A stretch of 63,536 bases of DNA, the filler included, from Collodictyon triciliatum (Eukaryota), in NCBI GenBank assembly GCA_043381765.1. It is 4 parts of 4 records of this genome, joined end to end, with 100 filler letters (N's around TTAATTAATTAA, not from the genome) between each part and the next. Parts side by side here need not be neighbours in the genome. Positions count along the whole stretch, not along the records: positions 56,325 to 63,536 come from JBHJMP010000418.1; 3 more parts are not named here. One strand, 5' to 3'. The notes below the pieces were generated by a model. That model made no database searches and was not told where the DNA came from. It worked only from the letters and a program-made list of their open reading frames with translations. This document shows positions 56,776 to 63,536 of the stretch, one piece after another. A program made the position numbers and the translations under genes. The number at the start of each line of letters is the position of its first letter. Within the stretch, counting starts at the first letter, position 1.

Positions 56776-63536
<6,761 letters not shown>

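Overview
Eukaryotic, AT-rich, intron-dense draft scaffold of a probable protist (standard genetic code, mostly GT-AG introns of about 60-400 nt, many microsatellites, N-gaps and artificial TTAATTAATTAA linkers). I could not identify the organism. Genes were spliced by eye, so exon boundaries and gene ends are approximate. From left to right: histidine acid phosphatase (-); a type I membrane mucin-like protein with an SQ/SP microsatellite stalk and a SEA-like domain (-); a divergent group II chaperonin-like protein of the BBS10/MKKS type (+); a TM-SMP lipid-transfer protein (+); a large Cys-rich multi-pass membrane protein (-); an ELAPOR/KIAA1324-like receptor whose ectodomain appears tandemly duplicated (-); a calponin-homology + DUF4062 + NACHT-like NTPase cut off at a gap (-); a retroelement-rich island with a decayed L1/Tx1-like LINE and three copies of a retroposed 3' end, one with a 17-bp target-site duplication; a TLC-domain protein (-); and a bacterial/mitochondrial-type alanyl-tRNA synthetase (-, 5' end outside the window). 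The best candidates for novelty are the CH-DUF4062-NACHT fusion, the doubled ELAPOR and the mucin/SEA-like protein.
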